A DNA stretch of 64,000 nt. Source: Botryllus schlosseri (Eukaryota). The number at the start of each line of letters is the position of its first letter. Position 1 is the first letter of the stretch. This document shows positions 41,357-53,660 of the stretch, piece after piece. The notes beneath the pieces are model-generated. The model was not told where the DNA came from. It saw nothing but the letters and a program-made list of their open reading frames with translations, and searched no databases. The position numbers and the translations under genes are program-made. The stretch spans positions 20,524,001-20,588,000 of the forward strand of contig CM119371.1 of assembly GCA_051294905.1 (NCBI GenBank), in the 5' to 3' direction.

Positions 41357-42369
41357 CAGTGGTTCACAACCGGAGTCCGCAGAATTCTGGGGGTCTGCGA
41401 AGCATTTTCAGTGGTTCCGTGAAGCCTCATAATACTTGGTAACCTAATCTGTATTTTTTAAATTCGGAAAATCACGAGGCAGTTTCGCTTCAATACTTGG
41501 TAAACTCCAGAGCTGGCATTAACAGATTGGCCATCTGAGATGAAATATCCTACTGTGTAGACTCATTTTAATTGCTAATTTGTCAATAGCCTACTGATAC
41601 AACCATTCTGATAACCTAATTTGCATTGTTTTATAATCGGAAAATCACGAGGTAGTTTCGCTTCATTATTAGAGATAAACTCCAGAGTTCATATTACCAG
41701 ACTGGCCATCTGAAATGAAATATTCCACTGTGTAGATGTAAACTACTGATTGCCTACTGATACAAACATTTTCTTGTTTATGATTTTGGATTGTGGTTGG
41801 ATGAGTAAGGTCAATCACGGTGAATTTGCAATGTTTACAAAATACATTTTCTCCTGTGATATTATAACCATTTTCCATAATAACTTCAAGATAAGCTGAT
41901 AGATAGAAATTACCACGCTTGACACTATATATTCATTAATGAAAATTGTTTGTCAATTTTGGTGACATATTTGTTGCGATCATACCCAAATGTATCGTCT
42001 GAAGCGTTACGCGTTATTATTACATTCGCCAACCATCTATATTTGTGAAAATGTATTTTCGGCACTAGTTCATATCAAATCGATGGAAAGGATTTTCAAG
42101 ACATGGCCACGTATTTCAAGAAATGCAGTTGCAGAATTTGCTTTGAAATAATAATAGTCAACCCAAATTCTAAATGAATATCATGATGTTATTTCCAAGA
42201 AAATTCATTTTGTTGCTGCTTATCAGTAAGCCTACAGTTATCATTTGCGCGATACAGATGTAGATTACACGTTAATCGAGGTAAATTTTAATTTAAACTT
42301 CGTGGGGTTCGGCGGGGTCCGTGACGGTCCGAAATGGGCCTGCGAAGACAAAAATGTTGAGAACCACTG
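41357..42369. mobile_element. hAT MITE (intact relative of the split copy 8531-9005 + 24657-24953)
   Basis: TIR CAGTGGTTCWCAAC, TSD tattagag/tactagag, internal ~175-bp duplication. Confidence 0.88.
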
Positions 42370-42599
42370 TACTAGAGCATCGCCAGTTGTTCATATTTCA
42401 CGTTCTGGAGCAATATTGATTCATCACCACCACTTTTCACGATCGGAACCATGCAATTATGCCGTCGATGTTTCATATTCGAGGAATCTTTATTTTATAC
42501 TTGGTCATTTCCATGGTGGCAGTTTTCGTCGCGTTAGCGAAGTTGTTTTTGGAAATTGCAATACGATTGACCGAACCTTGCTATGTGACTTCTATTTAG

Positions 42600-42755
42600 A
42601 TGGTCGTTATCCTCATGGACACACGAGGGATATTTGATCATGCATTGCCAAAAAGGGATGAAGCCTTTCTAATGACCATTACAACGTTGATGAGCTCAGT
42701 ACAAATATTCAATGTTCTGCAGAGTGTTGATCCGAACGCATTCGATGCATTGGAT
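42600..42755 (+). CDS. Atlastin-like GTPase exon 4 (G3)
   Basis: tatttag|ATG ... GAT|gtaagt, 156 nt. VILMDTRGIFD...LMSSVQIFNV corresponds to atlastin VLLMDTQGAFD...MISSVQIYNL. Confidence 0.9.
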
Positions 42756-43169
42756 GTAAGTCGCGCTTATCTCCATTAATCGAGTGGAGTAGTCTATTTA
42801 TGAGTTTGAGTACTACTGAAAAAAAAACGTTTAATTATTGCACGGACTGTTGCAGATACATTACCATTTACGATGCATAAAGAGTGATTTCGTCTGTACA
42901 GAAATGTAATCTTGCAACTGATACTTCGTGTGTCCCGTTACTTAATATCTTACGACGAATACGGCCAATAGAGGTATAATTATGAGAGGATAATATATAA
43001 TTAACCAATATCGCTTTTGGTATATCACCAGAGGTTGTAAACTACGTACATATAAAACTACTAACGATTATAATCTTCGCATGCGGTACGAATATGGAAA
43101 TAACGGTTCAGTATCAGTGGGTATTCGGATGAGGAAAATTCACATATTGTTACGACACATGAAATCTAA

Positions 43170-43785
43170 CGCGATTTTTACGAAAACGCAACTGCTCCCT
43201 TCAACACGTTAAGACGTGCCTCCTGCACTTCAACAAAGTAATGTAGTGTAAGAATATAAGAGACATTGTAATTGTGGTTACGAAGGACGTCGAAGCGTTT
43301 GCAGGAACGCATGAACCAGCATGTCCCTATAGTTTTATCAGAACACGCGCATCACGCTCGGTGAAAAGCTCACCCTTGACTCATTCGCTCAAGCCTGAGG
43401 TTGAGCGTTCTAATGCCATACATTCTGCAATTGGCAAACATCTGTTGGATAATCCCGCTTGTGCGAAAAAATATCGAGGCGACAGATTCCACGTCATCGG
43501 GAGGGGCCGCTCATTATTTAATTTGTGTGCCTTCGAATTTAAACTTTATTAAAATACAGCAGCCCAAGCTTTGTCTACAATAGGTGTTCGCGTACCATCT
43601 TAAAATCGTACAATGAACGCTCTCTAATTGGAGATCTCATTTCATGCTGGAGACGCCAAATGTTATGATACGATCGTTCATATATACGACGTTCTTTCCA
43701 ATTCTCTACTAGTTGCTGATGAGTACCCCTAGAAGTGTCAGCTCAAAATATTCGGGTCTATTTCAATATGAAACTACTGTTCAGT
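43170..43785 (+). mobile_element. Penelope-like element 3' part (GIY-YIG endonuclease remnant plus pseudo-LTR)
   Basis: DVPPALQQSNVV*EYKRHCNCGYEGR, SAIGKHLLDNPACA and FIKIQQPKLC. The tail is shared with about 28213-28305. Confidence 0.8.
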
Positions 43786-44036
43786 TGTAATAAATTGTAC
43801 CATACTTGATGTAGCGTCAGCTTTCGACATATGGAATTGAATCTGCGACAGGTCTTTATGAGTAACAGCTAACATATTTCTCCTTGCGACCTCGAGTTTA
43901 CCCGACCTACAGAGAATGCAGAGTCTCTTTTTCAGTACCGCTGATACGTGGACTGGGATTCGCGGTAAGACTGTTTGGTGCAATCAGCACGCTGTCAGTT
44001 GCTTCGCTTTAGTGTAGCGACTCCGTCTATCTAAAG

Positions 44037-44356
44037 CGGGGGTGGCCAACCTTTCTAGCCAACGGGCCATATGAGATTTATGAACCATTATGCGGACCAC
44101 TTGAATGTTGATGACAATTTTTAGTCGTCTCATAGGAGAGAACTGAATTAGGTAACGGTGAAAACAACACTTATATTACTAATCTTCAAATTCGATAACA
44201 ATTATGTCATAGAAATTCAGTGACCAGTGATGTCCTAGCCGCACAAAGCGCGATATTTTCTCACAGTTATTGAGGGAATTTGGTCAATATTGCTGTTACT
44301 TTAATATATATTGCGGGTCGCATCTGTATACCCCCGCGTATGGTCGACCGCCCCTG
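44037..44356. mobile_element. hAT MITE
   Basis: Degenerate CAGGGG termini, TSD atctaaag/atctagag. Confidence 0.65.
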
Positions 44357-45033
44357 ATCTAGAGCAGTGGCACCTTTTTCACCTCGCGGACCGGTGAAAT
44401 CAACCCAATATGTAAATTAACAACCGATTTTCGCAAGCACATGGTGCTAGAGAGAAGCATTTAGAGGATTTTTATCGTAATTAATTATGTCCATGATGGA
44501 ATCTCTGTGATTTCACGGTACTGAATCTGCTGAAGTCGAGGTAAAATTGCCTTATCCAGATAAACGTGCTACCGCAAAGAGTTCCAAGATCTCCAGATTT
44601 AGCAGTAGATGATCCGCGCGCCAAAACATTGGATTCTCGTTCAAAATTAGTGGATCTACAAATCCAGGATGTAGGACGCTTTTGCGTCAAAATGACGCAA
44701 AATGCAGTGTTCCGTGGAAGGTTGCCATGTCAACCAACCCATCAACTTAGTAGCATGGAAAACTGAATGGGATAGAACGGTAACTGCGTGGCCTGTCAAT
44801 CATCCATGGTTGGATGATAATCAGTTGAGCAAATTCCCGCGATACACAAAACCTTGGCGCACTCAGAAAGTTTATCTTGTCTGCCGTCGATCGGATGCGG
44901 CATTTGACCTCATTTCATGTATATCTTTTGCAGAACTACTTGGTACTCGGTGATATCGGTATTGTTAAAATCGTCGTCGTCTTAATTTTATCCACTGCAC
45001 GGCCTACACAATTATATTGTATCTTTTGGAATT

Positions 45034-45948
45034 ATGGCCTCCCAAGTCAGTGACGTTGTTGAGGAATTCTACGATATTCCAGCGGAAATTGTCCATGAAC
45101 TTCTCTTCAACGACTTTGATGAAAGTATGGCCACTGTAACTGTTCCAAATATTATACAACAACCGGTTGACCTCACACCGTTGTTGCACTCATTGGATTT
45201 CAAAGACCCACCAGAACTCTCCGAAAAAGGTATTGAACTAGCTACCGGATGGATTATCAGTATGAATTCCAACGGAAATCCAGATGATATTGTGATTAGT
45301 TACAGTAAAGTTTGCGCTGATCCTATAATATTCACAAAATCAAACGATAGGCTTTCCTCTGCCAAATTTTTACTCGAGCTCATGGAAAAAATAATTGATA
45401 ATGGGTTGAAGCCGCCTCAGTCAGAGTCATTGGTGTCTGCGAGTATTTCTGAAAGGGAGAACGATATTCTAGAATACATTGCTGGTTTTACTTTGAGAAA
45501 GGCAATTCGAAAATTCAATGACCAGCTGGACCGTTCCTTGCTTGAATATCTATCAAATAACCGTGGTAAGGCCTTCGGCAAATTAATCCCCTTGATGGAG
45601 CGAAAGGCCGGGGTGCTTATATATCCAAGCTCATAGCTACTTTTTCTTTTTAGGAGAGTCTACAGAGAGTTTACGAGAGAATGCAGCAAATCGCCAAATT
45701 TAATAAACTTCTCAATTTTGCAGGACAGAGTTGTGAAAAGTTCCTACGTATTCAACTTTATATGCAGCATAAACAGAGCAACATGTCCTGATGACCATTC
45801 TAAACTAGTAGTAGATTATATCATTGGATTGTTTCTCAGAGTGTTGGGTCACTCTTTCACAAAGAAGCTAGTTCATAAACTTTGGAAAGGAAAAGAATCA
45901 AATAAAGGAAGCCAGGGTACACGTGGTGATTTGAAGGGAAAACCTTGA
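45034..45948 (+). pseudogene. Second ORF of the P-like element, ~304 codons with one in-frame TAG (45634)
   Basis: ORFs 45034-45636 and 45718-45948 are in one frame with no other stop. ENDILEYIAGFTLRK, RKAGVLIYPS and LFLRVLGHSF recall the P-transposase/THAP9 C-terminal region (YIAGYV..K, RGGLxxPS). Confidence 0.7.
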
Positions 45949-46029
45949 GTAGAGTAAAAAATCATGAAGTATTTTCTTGGTAATTTCAGAGCTATTAGTA
46001 TGTAACTTGCCTCTAATTTACTTTCCATC

Positions 46030-48638
46030 TAGTTGTTATGAATCTGGATAAGACTAGTGCCATTTTTCCTCTCTAATATGCTATATTTTTCGGATTACAG
46101 GTTCTGTCTGCACCGCCGACTCTCTACACTGTAACAATTGACATCGCAGGGTCACTAAAGAAACGTTATCAAAAGTATGACGGTTCGATGATGATGCGTA
46201 TATCAACAAACCCTCTCTCTCTACCACACGGAAGGGATGGCACAATAATACTGCATAGTGTATACATAGTCACTAGGAATTGTTAACTACTATCATCATG
46301 TAGGGGAGATGTGGTACCGATGGATCACTGGGACCGAAAATACTTTGAAAATCCTCTATGATAATTCCATGATTACACTTCGTGAACTTGTCTACAATTG
46401 CTTGCTGGCAAATTCTCTCCTCACATACAAAAAAATTCGACGTGCGCGAGCTATGGGGTCTCTCACAGATGTTTTTTGTTTTTGGGGGTGTAAAGTAAAT
46501 TTAGATCGACATATACATTTTTCTTGGTAACCTTCAACACGAACAAACCAGCAATCATTTTTATTGTGAAGTGCAGGGCTTGTATCAGGCTATATAATGG
46601 CACCTATTATTTTTTCAGTACTTTCCTTGAGTGGATTTTTTTTCGATTCATGTATAAAATTCTAGGGGTGGGGACCGATGATACCATAGCCAAATCAAGC
46701 AAAATAATCAAGCATACTAATCATAAAACAAATGAAACATGCCTACGTACAGAAAATCTTTATGTAATAATTGCATATGATGTTTTATCGCTATAACGAG
46801 GTGTTTGGAAGTCACACTGTCGATTTTCGGGCAATATGTATGTACCCTCAAATTTATAAGTCCGAGCCTAAATCGAAACGTGATTTTATGACAACATTTG
46901 AGTTAATATTTATTCTATTTCTTGACGGTTGCGATCAAACATTCTTCTTTGGCTTACTGTAGCTTAGATTATAATACTGAGCAAGAACAGTTGTCACATC
47001 TGAGGCATTTAGGGTATATGTGTCATAGGTCCCCGGGTCGTGTGCCATTGGACCCACCGGGTGGGGACCGATGACACGTTCGAGCAACAAATTTTGAACG
47101 CCCATAAATATTTTTTGAAAAGACGGATGTTCATGTATATGTGCGCGATAGGTAGAGCTTGTATCAAAGTGCTGAGCCAGCAAAAGACATGCTGTTTTCG
47201 GCTGAACATTTTGGGGCCAGCGATCATTTTACAATTTTTGATCCATCGGTACCACATCTCCCCTATCTGGGCATGCAATCCTTTCTCAAGCAATAAACAA
47301 ATTTTAACAGTCATTTCTGGTATTGTGTATTGACCATTATCAACCATTTGCTAGATGTTAGCCAGTTATGCAAAACTATCCGGGGCACAACTGGAAATAA
47401 ACTGCTCGGTGTATGAAGACACCGTGGAGACCAAAGTATAAACCCGGTTAAAATGAAAGATCTCTGGGTCGCCATGACCCTTTCATAACTAGCAAATGGG
47501 ATTGGTGTCAGTGACAGTTCTGCTTTATTCATCCGATTTTGTAATCTCCTCATCCTTCGTTACACGGTCCGTGGTGTTGCGGCACATTTTCATCTGTATC
47601 TGGAAAATATAAACTTACCCAAAGTAGTATTCAATTTTTGGTAACGATGATCAACATCAAGACATGATGCAACAGATGCTGGCCATCCAAAAAATGATAT
47701 CGTTTTCATGCTAGCGTCATCAGTAAACACTATCCTGTATCAAGAGGACAACAGTGATGAAGAGTTAGCACAAGGAAGCTAATATTTCGATATACATACT
47801 AACTATAAAAGAATCTACAAGCATTACATTGCAGAAATTGTGGGATGTTTGCAATTTATAATCCTCTATTTGAGAGTGCTGGCTCAGGAATTCTGTTAAT
47901 TTTATGCATTTGTAAATGCCCTAGGGCCTTGACAGTAAATTCCAAACTGACCGAATTTTAGGTTGAATATGACCATCTTCCTCAAAATCCAGATAAAGCT
48001 CCCCTTTCTTCTCGTATGACACCCAGCCACCTATTGAAGAGAAATTAGTCAGAAATTAGCCTTAAACTTGATACTAAATTTTACCTACTTTGAATATGAC
48101 ACGAGTCTTTTTTTAATCGGGCAAAATTTTGATAATATAATTTTGCGGCAAAGGCTTTCCTGGGCGCTGGCTCTTTCCTTGGTGGGGAAGAGAATGATGC
48201 GGACTTCTTAGGCAAATTGAGACAAGGTACTGCTCCCAGCTTCAGCCGACGTTTACCAGAAGCACCAGCCGCTATAACATCCTCTGGCATGAAATGTTGA
48301 TCACATATGCAGGCTCTTGAAAAGAGAATGTAAGGTCCATACAAGAAGCATACGGTAGCGAGATACAGGATTTTGCCTAATATATTATAACCTGGCACAA
48401 GGCACAATATAGCCGAGAATAACTGTAACTCACGATTCTTTGTTGAGCTGTAGCATTATATTATCTTTTCTGTCGGCAGAATCACGAATGGACAATATAA
48501 AACGGCGTAGTTGCGATCGGTGCTGCTTTTCCTCATCGTTCTTTGCGAGATCCACCCTGTAAATTACAAAAAGGGCTGAACTACTATATTTTTCCGAGTA
48601 GTATTACATCCAGGCACGGCGCAATTGCTTGCAGGCAT
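46030..48638 (-). pseudogene. THAP-domain P-like transposase remnant (spliced, frameshifted)
   Basis: Exon 48638-48434 reads MPASNCAVPGCNTTRK (frameshift in the A-run). After a GT-AG intron, exon 48315-48085 reads SACICDQHF...LKLGAVPCLNLP, completing a C2CH THAP with AVP motif. A decayed RFFSDP...GGADRTCNP near 46170-46070 resembles the catalytic-Glu region. Confidence 0.75.
46303..47263. mobile_element. TA-targeting MITE (Tc1/mariner-pogo-like) nested in the P-like element
   Basis: TIR GGGGAGATGTGGTACCGATGGATCA at both ends, flanked by TA on each side. Confidence 0.8.
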
Positions 48639-49073
48639 TTTCAATGTTCGATAGCTGTAATTAGGCTCCAATACAGATCTGTAAAACATATAGAGATACG
48701 GTCAAATGCTAGACCTCATCAGCAACATACAAGAAAAAAGTTTCTGAATGCCAATTGCCAGGATTTGTGAAGCACGCGAATTTGCTCTACTGATTATCAT
48801 CCAACTGTGAATGATTGACAGGCCACGCAGTTACCGTTCTATCCCATTCAGTTTTCCATGTTCGTAGTAAATATTGCTTTGGCATTGGCAATGCTGATTG
48901 GAAATATCGGCTTTGGTCATGTGCTATGAATGCAGTCGTTTCCTAAGTTGACTTCTGAAATTGCTTTTAAGCTACTTTGCAGCTTTAATTCATATTACTA
49001 TGTAGTTTATTCACAGTTATAAGTTCTTAAGACGGCATTGCAAACTGGTACTGTAATTATGAATGTCTGTAGT

Positions 49074-50053
49074 ATGGATATTTTGGACATCGTAGATGAT
49101 AGTTCGGACGACGAGAATACAATTGTTGTGCACAGGTATTACTTGGTTGACATATCGGACCCATTTGTAAAATACTCAGAAAATGAATTCGTTGACCGCT
49201 ACAGATTAAATAATTAATCAATAATTCTATTGATTAAAGACGGCCCACGGTTGGTTGTGCGGTGCCACGCTTTGCACCCCATGATGCAATTACTCTGAGC
49301 GTTCCGATTTGTTTTTGCCACGGTCATTTTCAACAAACAAATGCTGACTTGATTGGTGTAAGCCGGACAACAGCACCCCGAAGCATCCACTGCATTATCA
49401 CTATCAGAGAATACAGAACATTTATCCCACGATTTGATGATTCGTTACAAACGAAATATGTGGATTTCCAAATGCCATCGGCTGCATTGATGGTACGTAT
49501 GTCCCAATTAAGTCCCCGGGTTGCTCTGCACCAGAAGTTTATCGTTGCAGGAAAGCATATTTTTCTTTGAACTATCAAATGGACTGCAATGCCAACAGAA
49601 TAGTGACTAATGCTGTTGTGCGATGGCCAGGGAGTAATCGTGACTTAAGATTAAAGTACGAGCTCGACTAGAAAAAATACAATGGGAATTTGCTGGGAGA
49701 CAGAGGCTATGCTCTAAAAATGTACCTGATGACTCCATTAACAAATCCAGAGGCTGTAAAAGAAAAAATACAGCTATATGCTCGCAAAGACACGCGTGCT
49801 GATCGAGCAATGCTTTGGCTTTGGCGTTCTCAAACAGCGTTTCCAGATATTGCTAAATCCTATGCCAATGGAAATCGAAAACACCATCCCGGCAATCATT
49901 GCGACTGAATGTTTGCACAATTTTGCTACAAAAAGCAATCATCCAGTTCCTGATATCGCAGTTACTCCCGAGGAAGCTACGGATATAACATCTGAAGTTG
50001 GATCGACTGACGCAATAGCCTATCTTGAAAATAAGATCAACACATGTTTCTAA
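49074..50053 (+). pseudogene. PIF/Harbinger (HARBI1-like) transposase remnant
   Basis: Across frameshifts: FVDRYRL, FPNAIGCIDGTYVPI, YRCRKAYFSLNYQ, RWPGS, LLGDRGY, YLMTPL, TRVLIEQCFG..VLKQRF, CLHNF. Confidence 0.9.
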
Positions 50054-50295
50054 AAATTATGTTTATTTTAAAAATTTGAACGAACACAGTAAACCTTGCT
50101 GGTGTAAAAATAATAAGAACGAAATTATTGTGCATGACTTGTTGTAATGAAAGATTCAACTACAATTGAGCTGTAGATAGTGAACAAAGAGCGGGTGTCC
50201 CATTACTGTATTCAAATTGACAAATATGAAGTGAAAACAGGTAACGAAGTATTTGCACCGTTGACAATACCTATATGGCGAGAAACACTTGGCAG

Positions 50296-51800
50296 CAATG
50301 TTCCCTCTAAGCTGCGCACGTGCGCAAATGCGCAGTGCTGAAACGGTCTCTGCGCACAGAAAATCTACGCTGCGCACAAAAATTCGAAATGATGTTTTTT
50401 TTTTATATAGTCGTTGCGTACTGTTGTCCAATGGACCACGCAGGCGCGCAGACTCGTGAAAATTAGGATGGAACATTGCCAGGGCCAAAAAGTGTTATTA
50501 CTGAAGTATAAAAACGAGGTACAAGTGCGGCCCGCAAAAGTAAACATTGCGCGCCGTGCATAAATGAGAATTTACAATCACGTGCGCCTCACGGAAGATA
50601 TTTGCTTAGTATGGACTCGTACGCGTGAGCGATACTGATATCATTTCAATAGCGCATTATTTTCTGGGAATGGCAAAATAATATATTTAACAAACTTATA
50701 AATAACAATTATTGGGATAGCTCGAAGTTAATCTGCGAGAAAGTAACGAATAGTCTTCTCCACGTGGCTTGAACATTGCGTAAGATTTACTCAGGACCGT
50801 AACTGTCGCACCCCAAACCCCCCAGTTGGAGGGGCCGAGCTCGAAGTGGGCCCTATATTATTTTTGGAATAAGGATAAATCATGGTGTATTTTTGGGAAT
50901 CTCTTTTCGCGATGCGCGCGATTTATTATTGTCAGATATCTTGATTATTGGGTACCCTTTCCCAACAAAAAATACGCATGATTTATAGAAATGGACAGTT
51001 GGGTGTCGGCCATTACCGCACCATGACGCGCCAAGTTAAAGGTTGTGTAACACGTGACTCCAAGAAGTGTGCTAGAACGATCAGCAGCGAGAAAACCTTG
51101 GGCGAAAAAGACTGCCCCCGTGCTGACCGAAAACTTCGATATACATAAAAATACCTATATGTCTAATTGTCCATGTTCAATTGTTCATAGGCGCCTAAAT
51201 GGCTGGCGCCGACTGTTCCTGTCCTGGCGATCCGAGTCCCACAACAAGACAAATGCCACATCGAGAGAACAATATTATCCAGTAAAGAAATACCAATTTG
51301 AAATCGTGTACGTCTTTTACTTTAGTACGTGTTGGCGATTTCAATATATTTTTATAATAGCAGATAGATGGTAACGAAATAGCATCATGTAACGAAGTCA
51401 TTATACCAACGGGTACGCCCGAAGATATTTTATTATTATTTAAAGGACCTATCTATTCCAACACACCTCACTGGATCAGCACTACCGTTAAATCTGATTA
51501 TGTGAGCAGGGAGAGAATAAATGTTGTTAGCAATATATATGCAATTCCCGATCATATTGACCGATGCAATCATGAATTATAGAATTCTTTCGCGCTTCGT
51601 GCGTTTAGGGACGCAACCACTAAACGGGCATCCAATATAGACGATAACTACAGGAAAATGCGTAGAGACCTAGGGGGTCTTGGGGGCGAAGCCCCCAAGT
51701 AGTTGATTTCATCATACTATTGGAGGCTGTTTGCGCACTCTTGTCCGAGGGCCCGCGCAGTGAGTTAGCGGTTTTGCGCAGACTCTTGAAAAATTAGAGG
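50296..51800 (-). mobile_element. Second, inverted copy of the 21937-23383 hAT element
   Basis: Colinear reverse-complement similarity along its length; one TIR is damaged. Confidence 0.9.
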
Positions 51801-51877
51801 CAGGCACAATGAAATATTGTTGCATTTCAGAAAATGTTGCATTTAAGAAAATGAGCACCGTCGATAATACCTATAAG

Positions 51878-52071
51878 CAATGTTCCCTCCAAGCTGCGCA
51901 CGTGCGCAAATGCGCAGTGCTGACACGGTCTCTGCGCAGAGAAAATCTAAGTTGCGCACAAATATCCAAAGTGATGACTTTTTTTTCAGACGTTTACACA
52001 CTGTCGTCCAAGGGTATGCGCAGTGAGTTGGTGAGTGTGCGCAGACTCATATAAAAGTAGAGGGAGCATTA
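51878..52071 (-). mobile_element. 194-bp short member of the CAATGTTCCCTC hAT family
   Basis: Degenerate TIRs and TSD cctataag on both sides. Confidence 0.8.
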
Positions 52072-52079
52072 CCTATAAG

Positions 52080-52894
52080 CAGGGCTTTGGAGCAGCCGTA
52101 AATTTAAACTGCTCCAGCTCCAGCTCCGGAGCGATCTTCTATCATACATTAGCTCCGGCTCCAGCTCCAGAGCCGCATTATAACCACTGCTCCGGCTCCA
52201 GCTCCGGCTCTGGCTCTGAAATTATCGAACGGTCTTGTCTATATCAGGCGCGGTCCACAAATGTGGCCCGCGAGAGGGTTTTGCGTGGCCCGCGAGACAA
52301 TGTCCTATTATATTATCGAAAATGAATTCCTCAGATTGTGAACTTGCAATGCCAACTAAAAATTACAATTCTGGCTGCGACACTTGGGATGTTAATGACT
52401 AAAATATCAGTTCCGACGCATTGGCAGATCCATGAGCCAGTCACATTTTGGTAGACCTTCGTACACTACAATAAAGCAGAATAATATGCGATAGATAGTC
52501 AAAATTTGCTACACGCTTCGCGCAACGTGTTCTCGCTCAATTTCTTGCTTTTAATATTGTTAATATTGTTTGTGAAAATGAAAGAACCCTAATGTATCGA
52601 ATTGAGTCCAACTATATTCGCCATTACGAGACAAAGTGCACTCGCAGAAAGACCATCGACTATGAAACATAGGCACAAAATGATTGACGCATGTCATCGA
52701 TATGTCCAGGCGCCGAATAGTTCAGTCCTTGCAAACTGACCCCAGCGATATACAACAGGCCCGTAATATAGTCAAGTGACAATATTGTTGACCTATGAAA
52801 TTCGAAAAATTTTCGCGCTTGGCGCGGCTAGTGGCCAGCTCAATAGTTCGTCAATCGAATGTGGCCCTCTTTCTGAAAAGGTTGGCCATCCCTG
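52080..52894. mobile_element. GGAGCC-family hAT end plus nested CAGGGG-type MITE
   Basis: 52080-52480 is the reverse complement of about 24225-24656, including the same internal junction (gtctatat|cagg). Confidence 0.7.
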
Positions 52895-53545
52895 CCCTAG
52901 AGTTCAGTTATTGCAAATCTGAGTAAGAAAATGAAATTGTTATTTCTCTTCAACAATTATAGGTTCGTTTGTGCAGTTGAAATTTATTTTGCAAAATAAA
53001 AGGGCCGATGGTGCTCAAAACGGTTGAAAATCACCGCTCTGTATTATTCCCGCTCGTCGGTGCATCCCTCTGGTTTAAACCGTTAGCTTCACGAGCAATG
53101 AACAAATATTCAAGGATATAGTTTTACCTTTATCGCAGTGGCAGCAAACGTTCAACACTCATATCATCTGCTGATTTTATAAACTAAAATATGGTAGTAG
53201 CTGTTGTCGCAATCTGTCGGGTGCAATGAAAATTTTGTTAAATAACGTTTATTCTGACAAAACGATTTTAATTTCCAGACAGCAGAAGAAACTAACATCT
53301 ATTATAGAACTGGCTGGTACTCGCTAAATAAGCAGAATTTGCGATGGTAATACAAAGTTTAACACGAGATAACAGCGGTCGTTGTGAAGATATTCAGCAG
53401 TATTATGCGAGACACACATGCGTTTCAAACGTTATATAAACTGTCCGACAAGCTGAATGGACGCTAGCGCTGCCTATTTTTGCATTTCCTCAGCACTGTT
53501 TGCGATGTCTTCTTCAAGTATTAATGCTCTTTCATTATCATTCAG

Positions 53546-53596
53546 AACGCTATTAGGTACGGGAAATTATCGGCAGGTGAAGGTCGATACATGAAA
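53546..53596 (+). CDS. Atlastin-like GTPase exon 5
   Basis: cattcag|AAC ... AAA|gtaagg, 51 nt. NAIRYGKLSAGEGRYMK resembles atlastin FTEYGRLAMEE; a 64-nt intron follows. Confidence 0.75.
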
Positions 53597-53660
53597 GTAA
53601 GGATGATTAGGATATCCATACTTTATTATGCGCATTATAGTGTCTATTGTTTTCTTAAAG

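Larger units (their letters stand above)
44754..48860 (-). mobile_element. P-superfamily (THAP) DNA transposon, internally deleted, 4107 bp
   Basis: Perfect 50-bp TIR CATGGAAAACTGAATGGGATAGAACGG..., imperfect to about 185 bp. CAT...ATG termini, 7-bp TSD ttagtag/ttcgtag, THAP-encoding exons inside. Confidence 0.85.

Noticed and set aside
42856..42905. Possible extra exon after exon 4 (tgcag|ATA...|gtaat)
   Set aside because: Wrong phase and no similarity; 53546-53596 fits both phase and homology.
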